64,000 nt of DNA from an uncultured Bacilli bacterium. GTDB lineage: Bacteria > Bacillota_I > Bacilli_A > RF39 > UBA660. Shown piece after piece: positions 41,291 to 50,673 of this stretch. The notes under the pieces are model-generated. The model had not been told where the DNA came from and ran no database searches. It saw nothing but the letters and a program-made list of their open reading frames with translations. The stretch spans positions 28,125 through 92,124 of the forward strand of contig CAKOOO010000003.1 in NCBI GenBank assembly GCA_934098665.1. The letters run 5' to 3'. The position numbers and the translations under genes are program-made. Within the stretch, counting starts at the first letter, position 1, and each line of letters starts with the position of its first letter.

Positions 41291-41444
41291 TAATATTTTT
41301 TTTTATAAAATACAATAAAATTGTTGCATTTTATAAATTTATTTAGTATAATAACACTCGTTAGTCAAAAAAGACTATCAAATTAGGAAAGTATTTTATT
41401 TAAAAAGGTCACTATTTGTGGCCTTTTTAATTGTATTTATATAT

Positions 41445-42533
41445 TTACATCCCTATTCTATAAGGATCTACTTGCGTACCTGTTCCACTTACTACATATA
41501 CATTTGGTTTTAGATAAAGGACTGGTCTAGTTGCATAACTCACATTTGCAACATTACTAGATAAGCATCCATTAGAAATCCATAATTGGATGGTATCACT
41601 ATAAGCACCAATTAACCACTCATTTTCACACATGAAAAGCCAATTTTTTTGTGTGTACTGTTCAATGGTACCCCCATAACCAATTATGCCTGAATATCCT
41701 TCAACTGCATATCCAAAGTCGCTTGCGTACATTAAGCCTATTTTAGATAATGAAGATGAATATCTACTTATTTCCAAATCATATTGGTCATCAGCTGTAT
41801 GAAATGCTTTATCACCAAAGCCAATATAATAATAAACATTTTCAACCATTTTGCCATAATTACTATCTTCATCAATACCAATTAAAGAGTAATTACACAT
41901 ACCTATTGCGTCAGTTCCTGCATAACAATAATCATCACATGATGATGTTTTTCCTAAATAACATTTATTTAATAAATTTTGAATATTAGTATTTAACCAA
42001 GTAAATTGATTTGTAGTACTAAACATATTTTTATCATATAGGAAACTACCAATAATATCATTTCTTATTAGTTTTACTCTATTTTCAGTTGATGCACATC
42101 CACTTGTTAAACATACTGGTACGTTTCCGATTATTCTCCATAGTTCATCATTAAACCATACATAATTATCTGGATTTTTCCCTTGATATCTTATTCCATG
42201 TGTTGTACTTGCACCTTTACTATCAACTACATCACTTAAATTACTAGCATTTGAATTAAATGAAATATCACATGTTACTGTTCCTTTTATTTTTGTTATT
42301 TCTAGTTTCCATGTTTTAGGGTTCCATACTCCTTTTCCATTTTCACAATTAACAGTTACATTATATTTACCACTTGCTGGAAAAGATGTTGCACTATTTC
42401 CATCAACAGTTAATGCAATAATACTTCCATTGTAATTAAATGTTTTAATGCTTTTACTACTTATAACTATAAGTAAAGTAACACTTATTATTATAAATAT
42501 ACTACATACTATTATTTTTTTATTATATTTCAT
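41445..42533 (-). CDS. Secreted/surface protein, short-form paralogue D (362 aa)
   Basis: N-terminal TM/signal. STTHGIRYQGKNPDNYVWFNDELWRIIGNVPVCLTSGCASTENRVKLIRNDI is near-identical to paralogue C. C-terminal ATRPVLYLKPNVYVVSGTGTQVDPY. Starts 27 nt after the stop of C (operon). Confidence 0.75.
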   Translation of the reverse strand: MKYNKKIIVCSIFIIISVTLLIVISSKSIKTFNYNGSIIALTVDGNSATSFPASGKYNVTVNCENGKGVWNPKTWKLEITKIKGTVTCDISFNSNASNLSDVVDSKGASTTHGIRYQGKNPDNYVWFNDELWRIIGNVPVCLTSGCASTENRVKLIRNDIIGSFLYDKNMFSTTNQFTWLNTNIQNLLNKCYLGKTSSCDDYCYAGTDAIGMCNYSLIGIDEDSNYGKMVENVYYYIGFGDKAFHTADDQYDLEISRYSSSLSKIGLMYASDFGYAVEGYSGIIGYGGTIEQYTQKNWLFMCENEWLIGAYSDTIQLWISNGCLSSNVANVSYATRPVLYLKPNVYVVSGTGTQVDPYRIGM

Positions 42534-42560
42534 TTAATTTCCTTCTTTCTATTAATTTAA

Positions 42561-43874
42561 TTAAAGATTTAAAATGTAAGGATTAGTTTGAGAACCATCA
42601 CCACTTGTAACGTAAACTTGCGACTTTAGAAAAATTGTTGGTCTTACAAAATAACCATCGAAAGATTTATTTCCATATATCCAGCCATAACTTATAAAAA
42701 ATGGCCAAGAGGAAGAAATAGTCATAGTCCACTCCATACCCGTTTTATATAGCCAATTTTGATTACAGTATCCTTGCGGATTATTAATACGACCTAGTCC
42801 ACTACTAAATCCTTTAAACGCATAGCCAAAATCACTTACATACATTATGCCAACTTTTCTCGCTACAGTATCTATACTAGATTTTTCATAATTATAATGT
42901 TCGTCAGCAGTATGTGCTGAATCATCACCAACCATAGCATTTGGATTACTTTCTATTCCAGCATAGTAAAAAACATCTTCTATCATGTTTCCGTAAAAAT
43001 CTGAAGCATCTATACCAATAAGAGAATAATCACAATTACCCACAATGCTTGTACCTTTTATATAACAATAATTATCACAACTACTTTTTTTACCTAAATA
43101 ACAACCATTTAATAATTTTTGAATATTACTATCACTCCATGTTGTACTAGAATCACTAAATTTATAGGCACCTAAAATATCATTTCTTATTAGTTTTACT
43201 CTATTTTCAGTTGATGAACATCCACTTGTTAAACATACTGGTATGTTTCCAATTATTCTCCATAGCTCATCATTATACCAAACATAGTTATTTGGGTCTG
43301 TTCCTTGATATCTTATTCCATGTGTTGTACTTGTTCCATTATTATTTACTATAGTTGTAAGAAGCTCACTACTTGATGGTGTTTTTTGGGTAAATTCTAT
43401 ATCACATTTTACAAAATCATTCCAATTTGATACTTCTATACCATTTAATTTATTATTCCAAATAGTACTATTTGTTCCTTTACAATTTGTAACACTTTTT
43501 GTATAACCTGATAATAAATATGAAGGAGTTTCTATATTCATTTTTATGTCAGAAATTACTTCATAATACATATAAACTGTACATCTATCAGAGCCTAATG
43601 TTTGATATGATAATTTATTTCCTACTATATCAACTGTTCCACCATTTTCACAAAATGTTTTATCTGTATCTATATGATAATTTGTTAAATCACTTGGAAT
43701 AGAATTTGCATTTGTATAATCAGCTTCTCCATCACCTTTTATCATAATAGCATAAGATTTTTTGATAATTAATTTATCATTATTAAGTGTATTTTTCTTA
43801 TCATTATAGATAATTATGGTAATTAAAAATGCTACTAACAAAAATACGAACAACATTATTTTTTTTCTTTTCAT
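42561..43874 (-). CDS. Secreted/surface protein, short-form paralogue C (437 aa)
   Basis: N-terminal TM/signal MKRKKIMLFVFLLVAFLITIIIY. STTHGIRYQGTDPNNYVWYNDELWRIIGNIPVCLTSGCSSTENRVKLIRNDI. C-terminal FVRPTIFLKSQVYVTSGDGSQTNPY. Confidence 0.75.
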   Translation of the reverse strand: MKRKKIMLFVFLLVAFLITIIIYNDKKNTLNNDKLIIKKSYAIMIKGDGEADYTNANSIPSDLTNYHIDTDKTFCENGGTVDIVGNKLSYQTLGSDRCTVYMYYEVISDIKMNIETPSYLLSGYTKSVTNCKGTNSTIWNNKLNGIEVSNWNDFVKCDIEFTQKTPSSSELLTTIVNNNGTSTTHGIRYQGTDPNNYVWYNDELWRIIGNIPVCLTSGCSSTENRVKLIRNDILGAYKFSDSSTTWSDSNIQKLLNGCYLGKKSSCDNYCYIKGTSIVGNCDYSLIGIDASDFYGNMIEDVFYYAGIESNPNAMVGDDSAHTADEHYNYEKSSIDTVARKVGIMYVSDFGYAFKGFSSGLGRINNPQGYCNQNWLYKTGMEWTMTISSSWPFFISYGWIYGNKSFDGYFVRPTIFLKSQVYVTSGDGSQTNPYILNL

Positions 43875-43909
43875 AAGCGCCTCTTTTTCCGCATAAGTAC
43901 GCCATTGAG

Positions 43910-44056
43910 TTTTCTTATATTAGGTAGATTTAAGAAAATTACATAACGTAAAATCGTTATTTTGACTTTAAAAATTATAAAAAATAATGTATAATTTAAT
44001 AGTAAGGTACGTAAATACGAGGTAGAATTTTCTTAAATCTACCTACTTTAGGAAAA
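43910..44056. promoter_or_regulatory. Switch copy 3: same cassette as copies 1-2 but with the core reverse-complemented (promoter facing away from the C-D operon)
   Basis: Left site: TTTTCTTATA-TTAGGTAGA-TTTAAGAAAA (43910-43938). Right site: TTTTCTTAAA-TCTACCTAC-TTTAGGAAAA (44028-44056). Perfect 20-bp IR 43921-43940 / 44026-44045 around an 85-bp core. The promoter is on the plus strand: TTTAAA (43967-43972), 17-nt spacer, TATAAT (43990-43995). Confidence 0.8.
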
Positions 44057-44076
44057 TACGAACAAGGTAAATACTA

Positions 44077-44127
44077 AGAAAAATAAAAATAAGATTAATT
44101 TTTAAAAAAATCTTATTTTTTCTTTTG
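44077..44127. terminator. Bidirectional terminator straddling the stop codon of 44102..45307
   Basis: 9-bp stem AATAAGATT (44088-44096) / AATCTTATT (44109-44117), with T-runs on both strands. Confidence 0.55.
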
Positions 44128-45307
44128 TAATATGAATTAATGGTAAGTTATATTTACTTGCATAAGATGTTACTTTATCAGTATCTTTACATTTATCAGT
44201 ATAAAATACTCCTATAGGTTTAGGATAATTTGTTAAGACAATTTCAGAACATAAATTATTTTTACTATATTCAAATTCGTTAATTAATCTTTGAGGTAAA
44301 AGTATTTTTGATATTTTGGGATATTCATAAAAAATAGTTTTATTTTCTTTACTTGGAAATTGCCAACTTTTAGGCATATCTCTTTCTATAAATTCATCTT
44401 TTGTTACTTCCCAGCTTCCTGCATCATCACTACATATTTCATCTACTATATTATTTGCATTATATAAAAGGCCAAACTCACCAATAGTTTGAATATTTTC
44501 TGTAAGAAGACTTGTACAAACTTTTTCCATTTTATCTGGTGGAACCTCACCACTTGTAAATGTATGAGCAAGATATGCAAATTTACTATTATCATGAGAA
44601 TTTACATCAGTTAAAAAATTAGACCAAACTTCTTTTGCTTTAGGAACTAAGCTTTTTTCATATTCAAGCATACGCAAATAATTTTTTTCAAAATTATCAT
44701 AATCGCGTTTAAATTCATCACTATAATATGGGCATATTCTCATAAAATTATTGTTTTCCTCTGGATATTTTTCCATAAATGCTTTCATTTGTTCATATAC
44801 ATCAAAAGGGATGTTTTCATCTATTGCTACCGCACAACATATTAAATAACATACTTTTTCATACATAAATGAGGGCATTCCGTAATACGGCATCATTTTT
44901 TTGGTTTTCAAATCATTTATTATATTTTGATTTGCATTATTATATTCATTTATATAAATATTAAATGCTTCTTCATAGCTTACTTTACAATTTATATGAT
45001 AATTAATTATTTCTTTTAATATATTAGCATAATAGTTACTTGCTTGTTTTTCGTTTGCATTATATGGGTATATTTTAAAACTATCACCATTATAAGTTAT
45101 ACTAGTGGATAGTTCTAAATATCTTCGACTTTGACTAGATAATTTATAGTTTACATTATCACTATAAACATTTGTATATGGATACTTATTTTGTAAATAA
45201 TTTAACATAAAAGAAATATATTCTTCCTTTGTATGAATATTATCAAATAATTCTTTAGAAATATCATTAATAGTTTCTTTATCATTTTTTATTACATCTT
45301 CTATCAT
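44102..45307 (-). CDS. Hypothetical cytoplasmic protein (401 aa), no recognisable motif
   Basis: Long uninterrupted ORF with no TM segment or signal. I cannot assign it to any family. Confidence 0.5.
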   Translation of the reverse strand: MIEDVIKNDKETINDISKELFDNIHTKEEYISFMLNYLQNKYPYTNVYSDNVNYKLSSQSRRYLELSTSITYNGDSFKIYPYNANEKQASNYYANILKEIINYHINCKVSYEEAFNIYINEYNNANQNIINDLKTKKMMPYYGMPSFMYEKVCYLICCAVAIDENIPFDVYEQMKAFMEKYPEENNNFMRICPYYSDEFKRDYDNFEKNYLRMLEYEKSLVPKAKEVWSNFLTDVNSHDNSKFAYLAHTFTSGEVPPDKMEKVCTSLLTENIQTIGEFGLLYNANNIVDEICSDDAGSWEVTKDEFIERDMPKSWQFPSKENKTIFYEYPKISKILLPQRLINEFEYSKNNLCSEIVLTNYPKPIGVFYTDKCKDTDKVTSYASKYNLPLIHITKEKIRFF

Positions 45308-45342
45308 AAGTTAATGATATCATAAATATTAAAAAAATGTAA

Positions 45343-45945
45343 CTATTCTTTAGATTTAGAATAATTACATCCACAATAATTTTGTCTATATAAATTATAT
45401 TTTTTTGAATATTCAATAGATTTTTTATATCCATCTTCTTTTTTAAAATCTGAATATAAATATTTTACATTATATTTTTGCTCTAAATCATGCCCTATTT
45501 GGTTTAAAACCTGTGAATTTTTAAAAGGACTTACTGAAAGTGTTGTACAAAAATAGTCATATCCTTTTTCTTTTGCCAAGATGCATGTTTTTTCCATTCG
45601 TAAATTATAACACCTATGACATCTTTCTCCCCCTTCAGGGGCATCTTCATAACCATTAGCTATATTTTTAAAACTTTCATTATCATAATCACAGTCTAAA
45701 AAATCTATTTTATTTTTGCCTTTAAAAGTTTTTATGAATCTTTTTTGTTCTTCTTTTCTTTTTTCGTATTCACTAAATGGTTCTATATTAGGGTTATAAT
45801 ATAAAACTGTTACATTAAAGTAATCAGAAAGTCTTGATAAAACCTGTGATGAACAAGGTGCACAGCAACTATGAAGTAATACTTTTTTAGGATCCTTTAA
45901 ACTATTAATTATATTCTTAAAAACATTATCATAATTTATTTTCAT
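45343..45945 (-). CDS. queH: Epoxyqueuosine reductase QueH (DUF208)
   Basis: LLHSCCAPCS, ERCHRCY and YCGC cysteine motifs; 200 aa. Confidence 0.85.
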   Translation of the reverse strand: MKINYDNVFKNIINSLKDPKKVLLHSCCAPCSSQVLSRLSDYFNVTVLYYNPNIEPFSEYEKRKEEQKRFIKTFKGKNKIDFLDCDYDNESFKNIANGYEDAPEGGERCHRCYNLRMEKTCILAKEKGYDYFCTTLSVSPFKNSQVLNQIGHDLEQKYNVKYLYSDFKKEDGYKKSIEYSKKYNLYRQNYCGCNYSKSKE

Positions 45946-45990
45946 ATTTTTTCCTTCGGTATATATAATAACACTTTTTATATTTTTTTA

Positions 45991-46701
45991 CTACTTACTT
46001 TCTTTTTCACCATATTTTTTAAATATATAATTTTTACTTGAACTATCTAAATATAAAATTCCTTTATCATTTACTACTGCATAAATTTCTTGATATTTAT
46101 TTAACTTTTCAATATTAATTAAATTAACATATACTGTATTACCATCTTTCATACGTAGTAAAAATCTTTCATCATCAATAACTTTATCTTCATATTTATC
46201 TATAGAATATTCTATTTCTGAAATCATTTGATAATTACTTTCATCTACTTTAGATAAACTTTTTATTAAATTATCATAAATATTTTTTGGTACATAATTT
46301 ACAAGTGTTGGATAACCTAAATATTCACCACTACTATTCATTTCACTACCATCAGATAAAACAAGTTTTTTAGTAAGAACATTATAAAATAAAATTCTAT
46401 TTTCTGTTATATCAATATCTATAGTTCCATTCAAATACCTTTTTATTTTAACATTTTTAACAAGAGGAATATTTTTAATATTTTTAGATACTTTATTAAT
46501 ACTTATTTTGAATATTGAATCATTATAATTAATATCAGCATTTTTTATAATTTCTTCTTCATTTAAAAGATTATTACCATGAATATTAATATTTTTTATA
46601 GGAAGTTTAATAAAATAATAAACTATCATAGCAAGTAAGTATATAAATAAAATTAAAAAAATTATTCCTGTTATACGAACTTTTTTTTTAGTTTTTTTCA
46701 T
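45991..46701 (-). CDS. divIB: Cell division protein DivIB/FtsQ (POTRA domain)
   Basis: N-terminal TM, then IKNINIHGNNLLNEEEII (POTRA). Lies downstream of murG-murB. Confidence 0.75.
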   Translation of the reverse strand: MKKTKKKVRITGIIFLILFIYLLAMIVYYFIKLPIKNINIHGNNLLNEEEIIKNADINYNDSIFKISINKVSKNIKNIPLVKNVKIKRYLNGTIDIDITENRILFYNVLTKKLVLSDGSEMNSSGEYLGYPTLVNYVPKNIYDNLIKSLSKVDESNYQMISEIEYSIDKYEDKVIDDERFLLRMKDGNTVYVNLINIEKLNKYQEIYAVVNDKGILYLDSSSKNYIFKKYGEKESK

Positions 46702-47567
46702 AAATTACTCCAGTAAATAATTTTTGGTTCTACCTCTAAAAGGATACCATATTTATCATAAACTTTTTCTTTTGTATAATTTATTAAATCTATTACGTCT
46801 TTAAAAGTTGCATTTTTTCTATTAACTATAAAATTTGCATGTTTTTCTGAAATGTAAGCTCCCCCTATATGAAAGCCCTTTAGATTTAAATCATCAATTA
46901 GTTTTCCCGCAGAAATATTATCAGGGTTTTTAAAAATACTTCCTACACATGGCTCATTAAGTGGCTGTGATAAAATTCTTTTTTTATTATTTTCTTTCAT
47001 TATTTTTAAAGCCTTTTCTACATCACCTTTTTCTAAAAGAAATGTAACTGATAAAATTATGCCTTTGATATTTGTAAATCTATAGCCATACTCTATTTCA
47101 CTTTTTTTTATTTCAACAACTTTGTTATCTATTAAAGTTCTTACAGAGTAAACAAACTCCATTAAATCATGATTATAACATCCAGCATTACCCATAACAC
47201 TAGCCCCAATGCAACCAGGAATAAGTGATGCAAAAATAAGTGATGTTAGTCCATGCTGAAGACAAATATTATTTAAATACCCTAGTTTTACACCCGAAGA
47301 TGCTGTAACAAAATTTCCATTTACCTCTACTTTATTAAGTTTATTTAAAAGTATTATAGCGCCATCAAAAAAACTATCATCAAGAATAACATTTGAACCA
47401 TTTCCTAAAATAAAATATTTAATATTATTTTCTTTTAAATAGTTAATAAGTAAAATAAGTTTATTTTCATTTTCTGGGATAACTAAATATCTAACTATTC
47501 CTCCAATTTTAAAAGTAGTATAGTTTTTTAAATCTACATTTTCTAAAACACTACCAAACTCGTTCAT
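46698..47567 (-). CDS. murB: UDP-N-acetylenolpyruvoylglucosamine reductase MurB
   Basis: NYTTFKIGG, ILGNGSN, GSIFKNP and GGAYISEKHANFIVN motifs. Confidence 0.92.
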   Translation of the reverse strand: MNEFGSVLENVDLKNYTTFKIGGIVRYLVIPENENKLILLINYLKENNIKYFILGNGSNVILDDSFFDGAIILLNKLNKVEVNGNFVTASSGVKLGYLNNICLQHGLTSLIFASLIPGCIGASVMGNAGCYNHDLMEFVYSVRTLIDNKVVEIKKSEIEYGYRFTNIKGIILSVTFLLEKGDVEKALKIMKENNKKRILSQPLNEPCVGSIFKNPDNISAGKLIDDLNLKGFHIGGAYISEKHANFIVNRKNATFKDVIDLINYTKEKVYDKYGILLEVEPKIIYWSNL

Positions 47568-48655
47568 TTTGTTAATTCCTTTATTTTATTATAAACAAGT
47601 TCATCTGATTTTACTTTTGCAAGTACCTCAAGTCTTTTTTTCATATCTAAATATTCTTTACTTGGCTCTAAAAGTTTTTTTACCATATTATATAGTTTAT
47701 TTACCTCAAGGTCTTTTTCTTCACACACAATACCTACTTTCTTTTTCTCTAAATCAAGAGCATTATAATATTGATGATTACCTGCAACATATGGTGAAGG
47801 AATAATAATCGAAGGAACTTTATAAGCAACAAGTTCAGATAATGTTGAAGCCCCTGCTCTTGTTATAACTAAATCTGTATCATTAAAAAGACCCGCTAAA
47901 TTATCTATAAAGTCCTCAATTTTAACGCCTTTAGGAAATTTTTTATTTTCAGTAAATTCTCTATAATAATTTCTTCCTGTTATATATAAAACTTCAAAAG
48001 GATTATCATTAGATACCTTTTCTAAAAAAGATGTGAAAAAATTATTTAATGTTTCACTACCAAGGGAACCAGCTACAACAAGAACAAGTTTTTTATTTTT
48101 ATTAAATCCTAAACTTTCTTTTTTTATTGGCATATTTTTTGTATAATATGCAGATGGATTACCTGTGCAAATAACTTTTTTCGCTTTACTAAAATATTTA
48201 TTACTATTTTCATAACTTGTACATACTAAATCAGCATTTTTTGAAAGAATTTTATTAGTTTTACCAGGAATACTATTTTGCTCTAATAAAACAGTTTTAA
48301 TACCCATTTTTTTCGCAGCATAAATAACTGGCAAAGTTACATACCCACCTGCACCTATAACAACATCTGGTTTAAATTCTTTCATGATTTTTTTACATTG
48401 AATAATGGCCTTTTGAACTAAAAAGATGTTTTTAAAATCACGCCAAATTAACGTTTTACTAAAACCATATATTTCAAGTTTTTGATATTTTATGCCTAAA
48501 CTTGGAACTAAATTTTTCTCCATTCTATTATGTGTTCCAATATATAAAATGTTTATATTTTTTTCTTTTTCCTTAAACTTATTAATTAACGCTAATGCAG
48601 GATAAATATGTCCTCCAGTACCGCCAGCGCTTACAATTATATTCAATTTTATCAC
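47564..48655 (-). CDS. murG: Undecaprenyldiphospho-muramoylpentapeptide beta-N-acetylglucosaminyltransferase MurG
   Basis: SAGGTGGHIYPALAL N-terminus, GGYVTLP, RAGASTLSEL. Confidence 0.92.
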   Translation of the reverse strand: MIKLNIIVSAGGTGGHIYPALALINKFKEKEKNINILYIGTHNRMEKNLVPSLGIKYQKLEIYGFSKTLIWRDFKNIFLVQKAIIQCKKIMKEFKPDVVIGAGGYVTLPVIYAAKKMGIKTVLLEQNSIPGKTNKILSKNADLVCTSYENSNKYFSKAKKVICTGNPSAYYTKNMPIKKESLGFNKNKKLVLVVAGSLGSETLNNFFTSFLEKVSNDNPFEVLYITGRNYYREFTENKKFPKGVKIEDFIDNLAGLFNDTDLVITRAGASTLSELVAYKVPSIIIPSPYVAGNHQYYNALDLEKKKVGIVCEEKDLEVNKLYNMVKKLLEPSKEYLDMKKRLEVLAKVKSDELVYNKIKELTK

Positions 48656-48720
48656 CTACAATAATATTATACAAGAATATCTTAAATTTTACAAATCATA
48701 TTAAAAAAGTTTAAAATATG

Positions 48721-49767
48721 TTAGAAACATTTTAAACTTTTAATAACTTTATATACTCCTACCTTTTTAGGATTTTTTTTATACGTTTTAATCATTTTAT
48801 TTAAACTATATATATTAAAATATGTTAAATTATCCTTTTCCATCGCATATTCAATTAATTTTATTACTAACATTTCATTTGTTTTTGCATTAAATAAAGT
48901 TTTATATTTTACTATGTCTTTTTCATTTAAATTTTTTATTACAAAGTCATAATACCATTTTGGATTATGTTTAAAAATATATCTTTGACCTGGATAATTT
49001 TTTAAAACTTTAATTGTATCAAAATAACCTATTTGAATATTTTCTTTAATAGACTCTTTATTAACAGTTAATGTTGAAGATAGTTTTCTTGTAGGAATAA
49101 TTGTTATAACTTTATCTTTATCAATTAATTTCTTTTTAAAACCCATACCCTTTAGTTCTACTCTATAAACTTTATCATATCCTTTTTTTAGCATCATATT
49201 CGCAGGACAATTATCATAAATACCACCATCAAAATAATAACTATCATCTTCGAGTTTTTCCATTTTAAATACAGGTAAATAACATGAAGATACAATATAA
49301 TTATTAATTGAACCAAGTTTCATATCTTCTTTAAAAAGTTCTAAAGGCTTAAAATCCTTTAGTCTATAGGTAATAAGTCCAAAATTTATTTTACTATTTC
49401 GAATATCTTTTTCAAGATTTAAATTCTCTAATGTTTTTAAAAGACCATCAATACTTATTCCTTTGTTCTTAATTATTTTAATTAAGTTTTCAAAGCCAGA
49501 GCTTAATAATTCTAACTCATTTTTATTTTTGTCATTTACAAGTTTAGTATATTTTTTATCAAAACCAAGTATACTGCCAATATCTGCATTAAGCCAAAAA
49601 TCAAGTAGTTCATCTTCCCTACCAGCACATATCATCGCAGCATTAAATGAACCAATAGATGTTCCGCATACACAGTCAAATTTAATATGACATTTTTTAA
49701 AAGCCATATAAGAACCTATTTGATAACTTCCTTTTACTCCGCCACCCGCTAAAGCTAGTCCAACCAT
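48721..49767 (-). CDS. Patatin-like phospholipase
   Basis: LAGGGVKGSYQIG oxyanion motif, GTSIGS nucleophile elbow, DGG catalytic Asp motif (FDGGIYDN). Confidence 0.85.
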   Translation of the reverse strand: MVGLALAGGGVKGSYQIGSYMAFKKCHIKFDCVCGTSIGSFNAAMICAGREDELLDFWLNADIGSILGFDKKYTKLVNDKNKNELELLSSGFENLIKIIKNKGISIDGLLKTLENLNLEKDIRNSKINFGLITYRLKDFKPLELFKEDMKLGSINNYIVSSCYLPVFKMEKLEDDSYYFDGGIYDNCPANMMLKKGYDKVYRVELKGMGFKKKLIDKDKVITIIPTRKLSSTLTVNKESIKENIQIGYFDTIKVLKNYPGQRYIFKHNPKWYYDFVIKNLNEKDIVKYKTLFNAKTNEMLVIKLIEYAMEKDNLTYFNIYSLNKMIKTYKKNPKKVGVYKVIKSLKCF

Positions 49768-49768
49768 A

Positions 49769-50665
49769 TTATTTATCCTTTCTAAACTTTAAAACTATTT
49801 TTCCTAAAAATAAATTAGCTTTTCTGTTTTTACTATTTCTTTTTAATCTCATAAAATAACTATCAAGACTATCATTTTTATATTCAAGAAGTTCATTTGA
49901 TTTACTTGAACCTTTTAAAAATGGACTTACATATGTTTTTGGTATAAATATTTTATTTAAAACATAACTAAATGATAATCCATAATATTTTAATATGCCA
50001 TTTACTATATACTTATACTTTTCTTTTATTCCTCCAATATCTAAAATCATATTATTTGCTTTTGACATAGCCTTACAAAAGGCATAAGCAGCATCTTCTT
50101 TAGTAATGCATTCAACATCATCATTATCCTCGATATTATAAATAAATGGGTCTTCATTTAAATTACTTAGTACAAGTGGTACTCTTATAATGCAATAATT
50201 TTTACATTTTTTCATAATTAAATTTTCACATTTAATTTTAGTATTTTCAAAATACTCTGATTTGTCTATTGATATTTTATTACTACTATCTTTATATATA
50301 CTTGTAGAACTTCCATAAATTAAGCGAGCATTTACATTATAATAATTAATTGATTTACATAATAAACTAATTAAATCATATTCTATACTATCTGATAAGC
50401 CCTCTTTTAAACTGGCAAGAGGTGGAAGACATGTTGCAAGGCACACTATATAATCATGTGTTTTTACAAGAGCATCAATTAAAATATTATCATAATTTTC
50501 AATTAAAATAACATTTACTCTACGCTTATATTTTTTTAATTTTTTCAAGTTCTTTTTGTTTTTTAAGTCTACTACACTAATTTCATATTTACCTTCCACA
50601 AGCAAATATTTTATTAAACATAAACCAATGGTTCCTGCACCACCAAAAATAACTACTTTTTTCAT
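49769..50665 (-). CDS. NAD(P)-dependent epimerase/dehydratase-family (SDR-like) protein
   Basis: N-terminal Rossmann motif VVIFGGAGTIG; 298 aa. Confidence 0.55.
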   Translation of the reverse strand: MKKVVIFGGAGTIGLCLIKYLLVEGKYEISVVDLKNKKNLKKLKKYKRRVNVILIENYDNILIDALVKTHDYIVCLATCLPPLASLKEGLSDSIEYDLISLLCKSINYYNVNARLIYGSSTSIYKDSSNKISIDKSEYFENTKIKCENLIMKKCKNYCIIRVPLVLSNLNEDPFIYNIEDNDDVECITKEDAAYAFCKAMSKANNMILDIGGIKEKYKYIVNGILKYYGLSFSYVLNKIFIPKTYVSPFLKGSSKSNELLEYKNDSLDSYFMRLKRNSKNRKANLFLGKIVLKFRKDK

Positions 50666-50673
50666 AACTACTC

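Noticed and set aside
41290-41400. A specific promoter for the glyQS T-box leader
   Set aside because: Several TTGA-type and TA-rich hexamers are present (for example TTGACT on the minus strand), but none has acceptable 16-18-nt spacing to a good -10 box. I could not choose one with confidence.
41400-41444. Hairpin AGGTCAC-N4-GTGGCCT as the terminator of paralogue D
   Set aside because: On the relevant (minus) strand the stem contains a C:A mismatch and is short. It may still function, but the support is too weak to list it as a feature.
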